From Patescibacteria group bacterium (GTDB lineage Bacteria > Patescibacteriota > JABMPQ01 > JAQVVF01), in the NCBI GenBank assembly GCA_041662665.1, contig JBAZSC010000002.1, positions 165,234 through 229,233 of the forward strand: DNA of 64,000 nt, given 5' to 3'. The translations under genes and the position numbers were made by a program. Position 1 is the first letter of the stretch; each line of letters starts with the position of its first letter. The notes beneath the pieces are model-generated. The model saw only the letters and a program-made list of their open reading frames with translations. It was not told the DNA's origin and did no database searches. This document shows, piece by piece, positions 19,057-29,023 of this stretch.

Positions 19057-19082
19057 TCCACCGAAGCTTTAGCGCAGGTGGA
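19057..19082. repeat. Palindromic element variant TCCACC-GAAGCTTTAGCGCAG-GTGGA (intergenic, in the 5' region of the rSAM gene)
   Basis: Its arms and loop are homologous to those of the rpsF copies. Confidence 0.6.
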
Positions 19083-19162
19083 AGCGTAAACGAAGATGGA
19101 CTTGTTTTCAAAGAACATTTTCAATCAACAATATCATATTAATTTGATACTTACAATAAAAA

Positions 19163-19192
19163 ATAGAGGCACAAAATCTTGTGCCCCTAGAT
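19163..19192 (-). terminator. Intrinsic terminator hairpin, identical copy of the one at 20881..20910
   Basis: On the minus strand, a GGGGCACAA-GATT-TTGTGCC hairpin is followed by CTCTATTTTTT. Confidence 0.6.
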
Positions 19193-19237
19193 TAGAGATA
19201 GCATTCGAGAATCGTATTCGAGCTCGCATTAGAGAAA

Positions 19238-20794
19238 TCATTTCACCCCAATTGCAAAATACTGCGTCTTCGTTGGATATTTAGTGAAATACTTTACAAT
19301 GAATTTTCTGTTTTTCTTTATTACTTTAGCATCAGTAAATACTGTAGATATATTCTGCCAAGAACCACCTTTTTTCTTGTATTTCAAATAAAGATTTGAT
19401 GCTGTTGCTGATTTATTTTTCTTTAAAAATTTCTTTAATGCTTTCTTAGTATATTTGAATGTTACTTTAATTTTATATTTCTGTGATAACTTTTTTGCTT
19501 TGTATTTATATAGATTAGTCTTTAATTTCCAATTGCTTAAGAATGTCTTATTTGGATATTTGCTTAATTTATTCCATTGCATCCAATAAGCGCTGTTCTT
19601 TGTTAATTTTGTTGGAAGCTTGGTGAAATTGATAACTAGATTTTGGCCTGAAATTGTTTGTTGATTTAGAGCTGGCATCAACGTAACTTTGTCACCATTA
19701 ATCAAATTGTTCTCCTCTAAAAGCCTATCGTATTCTTTTTGCTCTTCAGCGCTTAAAGTGTATTTCCAGACCTTTCCGACATAACTTTCATCAGAATTAC
19801 TATCACCTCCAGCATAAATTGAACCATCTGAGACTTGAATCAAAGAATAAACATCAGACCCAGCCATTATTCCAGTAAAATCTGACCAAGAACCATTCGA
19901 ATATTTAGAAACTTTAGCATAAACACCATTACCACCTGCATAAATCGAACCATCTAAAGCCTGAGATAGAGAATAAACATGGGTCATATCCAGCGTACCA
20001 GTGATATCTGTCCAAGAATTATTTGAATATCTATAGACTTTAGCATAATTAGTAGAATAAAAACCACCTGAATAGCCACCAGCATAAATTGAACCATCTA
20101 TCGCCTGAAACAAAGATCGAACGTTAGACATATTTAATGTTCCAGTAACATCTGACCAAGAACCATTTGAATATTTAAAAACTTTACCATAATCATCACT
20201 ACCATCATAATAATGTCCTCCAGCATAAATTGAACTATCTGAAGCTTGAATCAAAGAAGTTACAACAGACATATTTGAAATTTCAGAGATACTGATCCAA
20301 GAACCATTTGAATATTTAAAAATTCTATCATCATAATTAAAACCATTATAGACATATCCACCAGCATAAATCGAACCATCTGAGGCTTGAAGTAAAGTAG
20401 TAACAAAAGACATATCCGATAATCCAGAAACATCAGTCCAAGAACCATTCGAATATTTATAGACTTTAGCAAGATAATCGCTAGCTAAAACATATCCGCC
20501 AACATAAATCGAACCGTCTGAGGCTTGAAGTAGAGAAGCTACATTAGACATATTTAATGTTCCAGTAATATCTGACCAAGAACCATTTGAATATTTAGAA
20601 ACTCTACCATAAAAATGGCTACCATCATCATAATTCCCACCGGCATAAATCGAACCATCTGAAGCATAAACCAAAGAATAAACTGTAGATATACTCAATG
20701 TCCCAGTAATATCTCCCCATTCAGCACTAGCAATTCCGCCTAATCCAAACAATAACCCCACGCAAAACAAACTTGTTAATAAAAACTTTCTCAT
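19238..20794 (-). CDS. Secreted beta-propeller repeat protein with the shared Lys-rich C-terminal module
   Basis: A signal peptide is followed by about eight repeats of roughly 45 aa (YSNGSW.D.TG...SLLQASDGSIYAGG). The C-terminal segment of about 150 aa is homologous to the C-termini of four other secreted proteins in this window. Confidence 0.7.
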   Translation of the reverse strand: MRKFLLTSLFCVGLLFGLGGIASAEWGDITGTLSISTVYSLVYASDGSIYAGGNYDDGSHFYGRVSKYSNGSWSDITGTLNMSNVASLLQASDGSIYVGGYVLASDYLAKVYKYSNGSWTDVSGLSDMSFVTTLLQASDGSIYAGGYVYNGFNYDDRIFKYSNGSWISISEISNMSVVTSLIQASDSSIYAGGHYYDGSDDYGKVFKYSNGSWSDVTGTLNMSNVRSLFQAIDGSIYAGGYSGGFYSTNYAKVYRYSNNSWTDITGTLDMTHVYSLSQALDGSIYAGGNGVYAKVSKYSNGSWSDFTGIMAGSDVYSLIQVSDGSIYAGGDSNSDESYVGKVWKYTLSAEEQKEYDRLLEENNLINGDKVTLMPALNQQTISGQNLVINFTKLPTKLTKNSAYWMQWNKLSKYPNKTFLSNWKLKTNLYKYKAKKLSQKYKIKVTFKYTKKALKKFLKKNKSATASNLYLKYKKKGGSWQNISTVFTDAKVIKKNRKFIVKYFTKYPTKTQYFAIGVK

Positions 20795-20880
20795 AATTTT
20801 TTGATTTTATTTTTATATAATAAATTTAGTTAATAATATTATACCACAATCAAAGAAGAAGAAGAAGTTATCCACAAAAA

Positions 20881-20910
20881 AATAGAGGCACAAAATCTTG
20901 TGCCCCTAAT
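20881..20910 (-). terminator. Intrinsic terminator downstream of rpoC
   Basis: This is the same 30-nt hairpin plus T-run as at 19163..19192. Confidence 0.6.
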
Positions 20911-20945
20911 ATCCGTAATTTCCTAATTTCTTGATATCCGAATAT

Positions 20946-23900
20946 TTAGACCTTCTTCACGTATCCAGTACCAGCTGGAATTAACTTGCCAAGAATTACA
21001 TTTTCTTTCAAACCTTTCAATTCATCAACCTTGCCAGTGATTGAAGCATCAATCAATACTCTTGCAGTTTCTTGGAAAGAAGCAGCAGATAGGAAACTAT
21101 CAGTTGATAATGAAGATTTTGTAATACCTAATAATAATTCATCAGCCTCTGGTAATTCTTTTCCTTCTTTTCTTAATTTATCGCGAACAGCCAAGAATTT
21201 TACTCTATTCATTACATCGCCAGCAATCAAATCACTCTTGCCAGTTTTTCTAACTCTTACCCAATTCAACATTTGTCTGATAATCAATTCAACATGTTTA
21301 TCATCTACATCCTGACCTTGGCTTGAATAAATATATTGTACTTCTTTCAAAATATATTTTTGAATTGCTTCTCTTCCACAAGACTTGAATAGATTTTGCA
21401 AATCTAATGCGCCTTCTGATAATTGTTGGCCCTTGCTTACCAAATCCTTATTCTTTACCCACAAGACAGCATTGCTAGGCAAAATATATTCTTTTTCAAC
21501 ATCGCCTTCTTTGACAATAATTAAATTCTGTCCATCAATTTTCACAAAACCAGAAGCTTTTGCTTTAATTTCTTTGCCTTTTTCTGTTTTGATCAAAACA
21601 TCGCCTTTATTAACATCTGTTGCATCTTTAACAACAAGTTTGTCATTTGTTCCAAATTGATATAAATCTTTGCTGACATTTGAAGCAACGATTCTCAAAA
21701 TTTTTCTGTCTTTTTCTTCTTCAATTGAAGCAATACCATCTAATTCTGCAAAAATCGCTGGTTTTTTAATTCCTCGAGCTTCAAATAATTCTTCAACTCT
21801 AGGCAAACCTTGAGTAATATCGCCTTCGGAAGCTACACCACCAGTATGAAAAGTTCTCATTGTCAACTGTGTTCCTGGCTCACCAATTGATTGAGCAGCA
21901 ATAATACCAACTGCTTGTCCAATTGCTACTTTTTCATTTCTACCTAAATCCCAACCATAACATTTTTGACAAATTCCTCTTTCCATTTTACAAGTTGTTA
22001 CTGAGAAAATTCTAACACCATCCAAATCCAAACTATCAATCAATTTTCCATAAATTTTTGTAACAATTTCTCCTTTTTTAATAACAACCTTACCAGTTTT
22101 ATCTTTAATGTCTTGAGCCAAAGTTCTACCTAAAATTCTATCACCAATAGTTGTATTCATTTCTGTACTATCTTTTTTGGTTATTTCAAGACCTTTTGTA
22201 TCACTGCATTCGGGAGCTTGGACAATGATATCTTGAGAAACATCAATCAATCTTCTTGTTAAATAACCAGCATTAGCAGTTCTCAAAGCTGTATCAGTCA
22301 AACCTTTACGAGCACCGTGAGTAGAAATGAAATATTCCAATACGCCTAAGCCTTCTTTAAAACTATTCTTAACTGGCAACTCAATAGTCTTTCCAGATGG
22401 AGCAGCCATCAAGCCTCTCATACCCATCATCTGAACAATTTGTGGCCATGAACCTCTCGCACCTGATTCAACCATTGCATAAACTGGACCAAATTCTTCA
22501 ACTGTATTTCTAGTTACTTCTGTAATCTTCTCTTTTACATTTGCCCAAGTTTCAATAACTTTGACATAACGTTCATGATCAGTTAGAAGACCAGCTTTGT
22601 ATTGTTGTCTGATTTCTTCAATTTTCTTTGTTGCATCGGTCATCATTCCTGCTTTTTCTTTTGGCAATTTCAAATCATCCATACCCCAAGAAAGTCCAGC
22701 CTTAGTCAAATATTCAAAACCAATTTCTTTAATTGCATCAACTAATAATACAGTTTCATCACCGCCATGCTTATGCAAACATTCGCCAATTAATTCTCTT
22801 AATACTTTTTTATCAAAAACATTATTTCTAAAACCAAAATCTGCTGGCAAAACTCGATTAAAGATAATTCTACCAACGCAAGTTTCTACTATTTCTTCAT
22901 TTATTCTAACTTTGATTTTTGCTCTAATATCAACTAAATCATTTTCATAAGCTAAGATTGCTTCTTCAGCATCTGAAAAGATTTTACCTTCTCCCTTCAT
23001 TCCAACTCGCATATTAGAAATATAATAACAACCCAAAACAATATCTTGAGAAGGAGTAGTAATTGGAACACCAGTCGCAGGCTTTAATAAATTTTTTGTT
23101 GAAGCCATAATTTCTTTTGCTTCTTTTTGCGCTAAAACTGTTAACGGTACATGGACAGCCATCTGATCACCATCAAAATCAGCATTAAAAGCAGAACATA
23201 CCATTGGATGAATCTGCAATGCTTTGCCTTCAATCAAAATTGGCTTGAAAGCTTGAATACCTAGTCTATGCAAAGTCGGAGCACGATTTAACAACACATA
23301 TTTATCAGCAATAATTTCTTCCAATGCATCCCAAACTTCTGATCTGCCTTCTTCAATTAATTTTCCTGCTGATCTAACATTATGAGCATATTCATTCTTA
23401 ATCAAACTATTAATAACAAATGGTTTAAATAATTCCAAAGCCATTGTTTTTGGAATACCACACTCGCCTAATTTTAAGTGAGGTCCAATAACAATTACTG
23501 AACGACCAGAATAATCAACGCGCTTACCTAACAAATTTTGTCTGAAACGTCCTTGCTTGCCTTTCAACATATCAGCCAAAGATTTTAATAATCTTTTCTG
23601 TCCAGTTGAAGCAGCAGTTACTTTTCCAGATCTTGCTGAATTATCCAATAATGCATCAACAGCTTCTTGCAACATTCTTTTTTCATTTCTACAAATAACT
23701 TCTGGCGCATTTAATTCAATCAATCTTTTTAAACGATTATTGCGATTTATAACTCTTCTATACAAATCATTCAAATCAGAAGCTGCATATCTGCCACCAT
23801 CCAATTGAACCATTGGACGTAGATCAGGAGGAATAACAGGAAGAACAGTTAAAATTGTATATTCTGGTCTGATTCCAACTTTAATTAAATTTTTAACTAA

Positions 23901-24770
23901 TTTTAATCTTCTTTTAATTTTCTTTTTAATTTGGGCTGGTGCGTTGATTACTTCTTTTTCTAAATCAACTGCCATTTTTTCCAAATTAATTTCTGCTAAT
24001 ACTTTTCTAACGGCTTCAGCGCCAATCGATGCTTTAAAAACATGTCCATATTTCATGGACAAATTTCTGTATTTTAATTCAGAAATAACACTTAATTTTT
24101 TAATGTCTTTAACTTCTTCTTTTTCAAAATTAAAAACTTTATTCAACTTTTGTTGTTCTTTTTCTTTATCGGAATACAAAACTTTTAATCTTTTTTCAGC
24201 ATCTGCTGAATTTCCTTTTTCAGCTTTTTGTTTAACTCTTAGTTGTTTTAATTCGGAAGCTAAATTTTTGTACTTATCATCAATTCCTCTTTTCTTAGAT
24301 TTAAATTCGTCTTCTAATTCATTCAAAGTTTCTGTCTTTGCTTTTTCATCAACTGAAGTTATTAAATAGCTGGCAAAATATACAACTTTTTCCAAACTTT
24401 TTGCTGACAAATCTAAAATCAATCCAACTTTTGATGGAACACCACGTAAAAACCAGATATGAGAAACAGGAGCTGCTAATTCAATATGTCCCATTCTTTC
24501 ACGTCTGACAATTGATCTCGTAACTTCAACACCGCATTTGTCGCAGATTATTCCTTTGTATCTAATTCTTTTATATTTTCCGCAATAACATTCCCAATCT
24601 TTTGTTGGACCAAAAATTCTTTCCGAAAAAAGTCCATCTTTTTCCGGACGTTGGGTACGATAATTGATTGTCTCTGGTTTTTTTACTTCTCCATAAGACC
24701 AATCTAAAATTTCGTCTGGAGAAGCCAGTTTCAATCTTATCGCATTAAAATCAGTTGTAATATTTGCCAT
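20946..24770 (-). CDS. rpoC: DNA-directed RNA polymerase subunit beta'
   Basis: The 1274-aa product has the zinc-binding motif CYCGKYKRIRYKGIICDKCGVEV, the catalytic motif NADFDGDQM and a trigger-loop region. Confidence 0.95.
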   Translation of the reverse strand: MANITTDFNAIRLKLASPDEILDWSYGEVKKPETINYRTQRPEKDGLFSERIFGPTKDWECYCGKYKRIRYKGIICDKCGVEVTRSIVRRERMGHIELAAPVSHIWFLRGVPSKVGLILDLSAKSLEKVVYFASYLITSVDEKAKTETLNELEDEFKSKKRGIDDKYKNLASELKQLRVKQKAEKGNSADAEKRLKVLYSDKEKEQQKLNKVFNFEKEEVKDIKKLSVISELKYRNLSMKYGHVFKASIGAEAVRKVLAEINLEKMAVDLEKEVINAPAQIKKKIKRRLKLVKNLIKVGIRPEYTILTVLPVIPPDLRPMVQLDGGRYAASDLNDLYRRVINRNNRLKRLIELNAPEVICRNEKRMLQEAVDALLDNSARSGKVTAASTGQKRLLKSLADMLKGKQGRFRQNLLGKRVDYSGRSVIVIGPHLKLGECGIPKTMALELFKPFVINSLIKNEYAHNVRSAGKLIEEGRSEVWDALEEIIADKYVLLNRAPTLHRLGIQAFKPILIEGKALQIHPMVCSAFNADFDGDQMAVHVPLTVLAQKEAKEIMASTKNLLKPATGVPITTPSQDIVLGCYYISNMRVGMKGEGKIFSDAEEAILAYENDLVDIRAKIKVRINEEIVETCVGRIIFNRVLPADFGFRNNVFDKKVLRELIGECLHKHGGDETVLLVDAIKEIGFEYLTKAGLSWGMDDLKLPKEKAGMMTDATKKIEEIRQQYKAGLLTDHERYVKVIETWANVKEKITEVTRNTVEEFGPVYAMVESGARGSWPQIVQMMGMRGLMAAPSGKTIELPVKNSFKEGLGVLEYFISTHGARKGLTDTALRTANAGYLTRRLIDVSQDIIVQAPECSDTKGLEITKKDSTEMNTTIGDRILGRTLAQDIKDKTGKVVIKKGEIVTKIYGKLIDSLDLDGVRIFSVTTCKMERGICQKCYGWDLGRNEKVAIGQAVGIIAAQSIGEPGTQLTMRTFHTGGVASEGDITQGLPRVEELFEARGIKKPAIFAELDGIASIEEEKDRKILRIVASNVSKDLYQFGTNDKLVVKDATDVNKGDVLIKTEKGKEIKAKASGFVKIDGQNLIIVKEGDVEKEYILPSNAVLWVKNKDLVSKGQQLSEGALDLQNLFKSCGREAIQKYILKEVQYIYSSQGQDVDDKHVELIIRQMLNWVRVRKTGKSDLIAGDVMNRVKFLAVRDKLRKEGKELPEADELLLGITKSSLSTDSFLSAASFQETARVLIDASITGKVDELKGLKENVILGKLIPAGTGYVKKV

Positions 24771-24814
24771 AATATTTAGTTAATTAACCTTTTTAAATTA
24801 ATTTTTGTCAATTG

Positions 24815-25174
24815 CTAAAAATCAGTCCCATTTACATCATTTTCATTATAATCAATTGTTATTTCTTCGCCAAAATAAATATTTCTAACAGCAATAGTAT
24901 CTTTAAATTGTCCTAGACTTTTTGTATTTGGATTTTCTGAATGATTTATAAACCTTGCATTATCAGTATCCAAATAAACATAATCTTCACCATTATCAAC
25001 AGCGTATGTGTCAAAAAATTCTTCTGCATTTTTCGGTATATCTTTTTTGTTTACTTTTATATCAATGACAGAATTAAAAACCCAAACAGATTGACCTTTT
25101 TTAATTTCTTGATCAGCAATCAAACCAATCCCTTTCCCATTTATTTCTTTTAACCTTGTCTTAACTACTAACAT
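24815..25174 (-). CDS. Minimal SET-domain protein (putative protein-lysine methyltransferase)
   Basis: The 119-aa product has GKGIGL (GxG), RFINHSENPN (NHSxxPN) and GEEITIDY (GEELxxDY) in canonical order. It lies between rpoB and rpoC on the same strand. Confidence 0.75.
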   Translation of the reverse strand: MLVVKTRLKEINGKGIGLIADQEIKKGQSVWVFNSVIDIKVNKKDIPKNAEEFFDTYAVDNGEDYVYLDTDNARFINHSENPNTKSLGQFKDTIAVRNIYFGEEITIDYNENDVNGTDF

Positions 25175-25330
25175 ATATTTTTACAGTTTAACTAGATTAA
25201 TTTAAAATTATTTCGCTAATCATAACCGCATATACTTTTATTATGTAATATCACAAAGCGAATAATCAATTAATTTCACATAACTCGTCAATATCTAATA
25301 TCCGAATATCCGTAATTTCCGAATATCCGT

Positions 25331-28300
25331 CTATTTACGTTCGTACTTTTTTTCTTCAGTTTCAAGAATATTTCCATTTTTATCCAAAATTTCAACATTC
25401 AAAGCTAAGCTTTTTAATTCTTTAACTAAAACGCTGAATGATTCTGGAACATTTGGCTGTCTGATTGGTTCACCCTTAATAATCGCTTCATAAGTTTTTG
25501 AACGTCCAATAACATCATCTGATTTTATTGTTAACAATTCCTGTAACACATGAGAAGCGCCATAAGCCTCAATTGCCCAAACTTCCATTTCACCAAATCT
25601 TTGTCCACCAAATTGTGCTTTACCGCCTAATGGCTGTTGAGTAACTAATGAGTACGGCCCGATTGATCTTTGATGGATCTTATCTTCAACTAAGTGATAA
25701 AGTTTCAAGATATACATCACACCAACTGTTGTTTTTTCCGTAAATGCATTACCTGTTCTACCATCATAAAGTTGAACTTTGCCATTTTCTGGCCAGTTTG
25801 CTCTTTTTAATTCAGATTTAATTGTTTCTTCTTTTACACCATCCAAAACTGGAGTTGCAACTTTATAGCCTAATAATTTTGCCGCCATGCCTAAGTGAAC
25901 TTCCAAAATCTGACCTTGATTCATACGAGAAGGCACGCCTAATGGATTCAAAATAATATCAACTGTTCTTCCATCTGGCAAATATGGCATATCTTCCTGT
26001 GGAACAATCTTTGAGATAACACCTTTATTACCATGACGTCCAGCTAATTTATCGCCAACTTGAATTTTTCGAAGTTGTGCGACAGAAACTTGAATCGTCT
26101 TGATAACGCCAGTTGGCAATTTATCGCCTTTTTCTCTAGAAAATATTTTAACATCAACAACCTTACCATGTTCGCCATGTTGCAAATATAATGAAGTGTC
26201 TTTTACATCTCTAGCTTTTTCACCAAAGATCGCTCTTAATAATCGCTCTTCTGCTGTTAATTCAGTTTCACCTTTTGGTGTAATTTTACCTACCAAAATA
26301 TCACCTGAAGTAACTTGAGCTCCGACTCTAACAATTCCTTCTTCATCCAAATCTTTTAGTTTTTCTTCACCAACATTTGGAATATCGCGAGTAACTAATT
26401 CTGAACCTAATTTTGTATCACGAACATCAATCGAAAAATCCTCAATATGAATTGAGCTATAAACATCTTCGCGAACTAGTCTATCAGAAATCAACATCGC
26501 GTCTTCAAAATTTCCACCTTGCCATGCCATGAATGCAACTACAACATTTTTTCCTAAAGCTAATTCGCCTTTATCAGTTGAAGATCCATCAGCAATAATC
26601 TGACCCTTTTTTACTTTCTCACCAACTGAAACGATTGGTCTTTGATCAATACAAGTTGAAGTATTTGATCTTAAGAAATTTAATAATTTATATTCTCTAA
26701 TATTTTTATTAGCTTCCAATACTTTTATTCTTTTTCCAGATACTTCAATGATCTCTCCATCTTTTTTACAAACAATAACTACACCTGAATCTTTAGCAGC
26801 TCTCTCTTCACAACCAGTACCTACAATTGGTGAATCAGGATTAATACATGGCACAGCCTGACGTTGCATGTTTGAACCCATCAAAGCACGATTAGCATCA
26901 TCATGTTCCAAAAATGGAATCAAAGCTGTAGTAATAGATACAATTTGTTTTGGAGAAACATCCATATATTCGATTCTGCCTGTTGCTTCCATTGATGGCT
27001 CGCCTGCAACTCTAACTTCTGCTCTTTTATCAACAAAATAGCCTTTTTCATCAATTAAAATTGTTGCTGGAGCTGTCACATGTTTTTCTTCCTCAATTGC
27101 ATCTAGATATTCAATTTCATCAGTAACTCTTGATCTAATTTGAACTACTTTCAAACCAGCATTTTTAATTTTATTGATATCTTTTTTATCAAGAACTTTG
27201 TCAGCTGGAATAATCACTCTTCTTTTTTCATCTAGGATTCCAGATTTATAAGAAATCTCGCCGATTGCCTTTTCTGCTCTTTCAATTGGAATTTCTCTTA
27301 AAATCTTTCTATAAGGAGTTTCAATAAAACCATATTCATTAATTCTTGCATATGAAGAAAGATGGCCTACCAAACCAATGTTTGGACCTTCAGGAGTCGA
27401 AATAGGACAAATTCTGCCATAGTGAGTTCTGTGTACATCACGTACATCAAAACCAGCTCTTTCACGAGACAAACCTCCAGGACCCATTGCTGATAATCTT
27501 CTCTTATGTTCTAACTCGGATAATGGATTTGTTTGATCCATAAATTGAGAAAGTTGAGAAGACATGAAAAATTCTCGAATTGAAGAAATAACTGGTCTAG
27601 CATTAATCAATTGAGCTGGAGTAGAAGTATTAATATCCAAAGTACTCATTCTATCTCTAATGATTCTTTCCATTCTCATCAAACCAACTCTCATTTTATT
27701 TTGGACCAATTCACCAATCGCTCTAACTCTTCTATTTCCTAAATGATCAATATCATCAGGATTGCCTTGATTAATATTTAATTTAATTAATTCTTTTATA
27801 ACATTAACAAGATCTTCTTTTCTTAAAACTCTATTTTGCTTGTTAATAATAATTTTTTCACCTAATCTTTTGTTCATTTTGAAACGTCCAACTTTGCCAA
27901 AATCATATCTTTCAAAATTAAAAAACATTGCTTCAATCAATGATCTTGCATTATCCGCAGTTGCTAAATCTCCAGGTCTAATTCTTTTATATACTTCAAT
28001 AAAACCTTCAGCTTGATTTTTTGCAATATCTTTTTCTAATGTATTTTTGATAAATTTTCGATCAGGCAAAGTATCAACATCCTTGAATTGAGCCAAAATT
28101 TCAGAATCTGTGGAAAACCCAAAAGCCCTTAACAATGACGTTACAGGTACTTTTCTTTTGCGATCGATTTTTGCATAAATAACACTTTTTGAGTCAGTTT
28201 CAATTTCTATCCAAGCGCCTCTGTTTGGAATAATTTTTGCGCCAAATAATTTTTCGCCTTTTGTTAATTCAGCAGTAAAAAATACGCCAGGAGATCTAAT

Positions 28301-28696
28301 CAATTGAGAAACAACTACTCTTTCAACACCATTGATAATAAATGTGCCTCGATCAGTCATCAATGGAAATTCGCCTAAATATACTTCTTGTTCTTTTATT
28401 TCACCAGTTTGTTTATTAACTAATTGAACTTTGCAACGAACTGAAGCTTCATAAGTTGCATTTCTTGATTTTGCTGCAACTTCATCAACTTTTGGTTCAT
28501 CAATTACATAATCAACAAAACTTAATTCTAGATTTTTTTCAGTAAAATCTTTGATTGGAGAAATTTCATCAAACAATTCTCTCAAACCTTCTTTAAAAAA
28601 CCAATCATAAGAATCAGTTTGAACTCTGATTAAATCAGGAAGTTCAATAACATCATGCAATTTAGTAAAAAATTTTCTTTTTTGCTTTTGAGGCAT
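25331..28696 (-). CDS. rpoB: DNA-directed RNA polymerase subunit beta
   Basis: Conserved beta-subunit regions are present throughout. The ORF-track start at 28741 uses TTG and adds 15 hydrophobic residues. The ATG at 28696 ([10 protein letters not shown]...) is the more plausible start. Confidence 0.95.
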   Translation of the reverse strand: MPQKQKRKFFTKLHDVIELPDLIRVQTDSYDWFFKEGLRELFDEISPIKDFTEKNLELSFVDYVIDEPKVDEVAAKSRNATYEASVRCKVQLVNKQTGEIKEQEVYLGEFPLMTDRGTFIINGVERVVVSQLIRSPGVFFTAELTKGEKLFGAKIIPNRGAWIEIETDSKSVIYAKIDRKRKVPVTSLLRAFGFSTDSEILAQFKDVDTLPDRKFIKNTLEKDIAKNQAEGFIEVYKRIRPGDLATADNARSLIEAMFFNFERYDFGKVGRFKMNKRLGEKIIINKQNRVLRKEDLVNVIKELIKLNINQGNPDDIDHLGNRRVRAIGELVQNKMRVGLMRMERIIRDRMSTLDINTSTPAQLINARPVISSIREFFMSSQLSQFMDQTNPLSELEHKRRLSAMGPGGLSRERAGFDVRDVHRTHYGRICPISTPEGPNIGLVGHLSSYARINEYGFIETPYRKILREIPIERAEKAIGEISYKSGILDEKRRVIIPADKVLDKKDINKIKNAGLKVVQIRSRVTDEIEYLDAIEEEKHVTAPATILIDEKGYFVDKRAEVRVAGEPSMEATGRIEYMDVSPKQIVSITTALIPFLEHDDANRALMGSNMQRQAVPCINPDSPIVGTGCEERAAKDSGVVIVCKKDGEIIEVSGKRIKVLEANKNIREYKLLNFLRSNTSTCIDQRPIVSVGEKVKKGQIIADGSSTDKGELALGKNVVVAFMAWQGGNFEDAMLISDRLVREDVYSSIHIEDFSIDVRDTKLGSELVTRDIPNVGEEKLKDLDEEGIVRVGAQVTSGDILVGKITPKGETELTAEERLLRAIFGEKARDVKDTSLYLQHGEHGKVVDVKIFSREKGDKLPTGVIKTIQVSVAQLRKIQVGDKLAGRHGNKGVISKIVPQEDMPYLPDGRTVDIILNPLGVPSRMNQGQILEVHLGMAAKLLGYKVATPVLDGVKEETIKSELKRANWPENGKVQLYDGRTGNAFTEKTTVGVMYILKLYHLVEDKIHQRSIGPYSLVTQQPLGGKAQFGGQRFGEMEVWAIEAYGASHVLQELLTIKSDDVIGRSKTYEAIIKGEPIRQPNVPESFSVLVKELKSLALNVEILDKNGNILETEEKKYERK

Positions 28697-28744
28697 ACTA
28701 TAAAAAATTAATATATAATAACAAATACTAATCATTTGCAATTA

Positions 28745-28803
28745 AATCTGTATGCATCTGTGTCTCTGTATCAAATCCGTTATAAATCTGTGTAAAATTT
28801 GTG
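28745..28803. repeat. ATCTGTG tandem array in the rpoB upstream region
   Basis: The sequence is aatctgtatgcatctgtgtctctgtatcaaatccgttataaatctgtgtaaaatttgtg. Confidence 0.7.
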
Positions 28804-29023
28804 CGCTAAAGATAACAAAAAATGACCAAAAATTAACACTTTTGGCTTATTTAAAGTCTTTTATAAATATCACGCCCGAGGCTATTCACCTCTGCTTTGA
28901 ATATCATACTTCAAGTATAAGCGTTTTATTTAAAAAGTCAAGCTATTTTTAATTAAAAACAATATTTAGGCTTATCTAAAACAAAAATAAAGCTATCAAA
29001 TTTTCTTATCCACAACGACTTCT

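Noticed and set aside
19096-19284. Plus-strand ORF of 62 aa
   Set aside because: It spans a terminator hairpin and a repeat array, and shows no coding signal.
20986-24369. Multiple plus-strand ORFs inside rpoC (and similar ones inside rpoB, lon, ftsK, the SGNH gene and others)
   Set aside because: These are antisense shadow ORFs within long, well-supported genes.
28741-28741. ORF-track start of rpoB at 28741
   Set aside because: The codon is TTG and adds 15 hydrophobic residues ([15 protein letters not shown]). The ATG at 28696 followed by MPQKQKRK matches typical beta-subunit N-termini.
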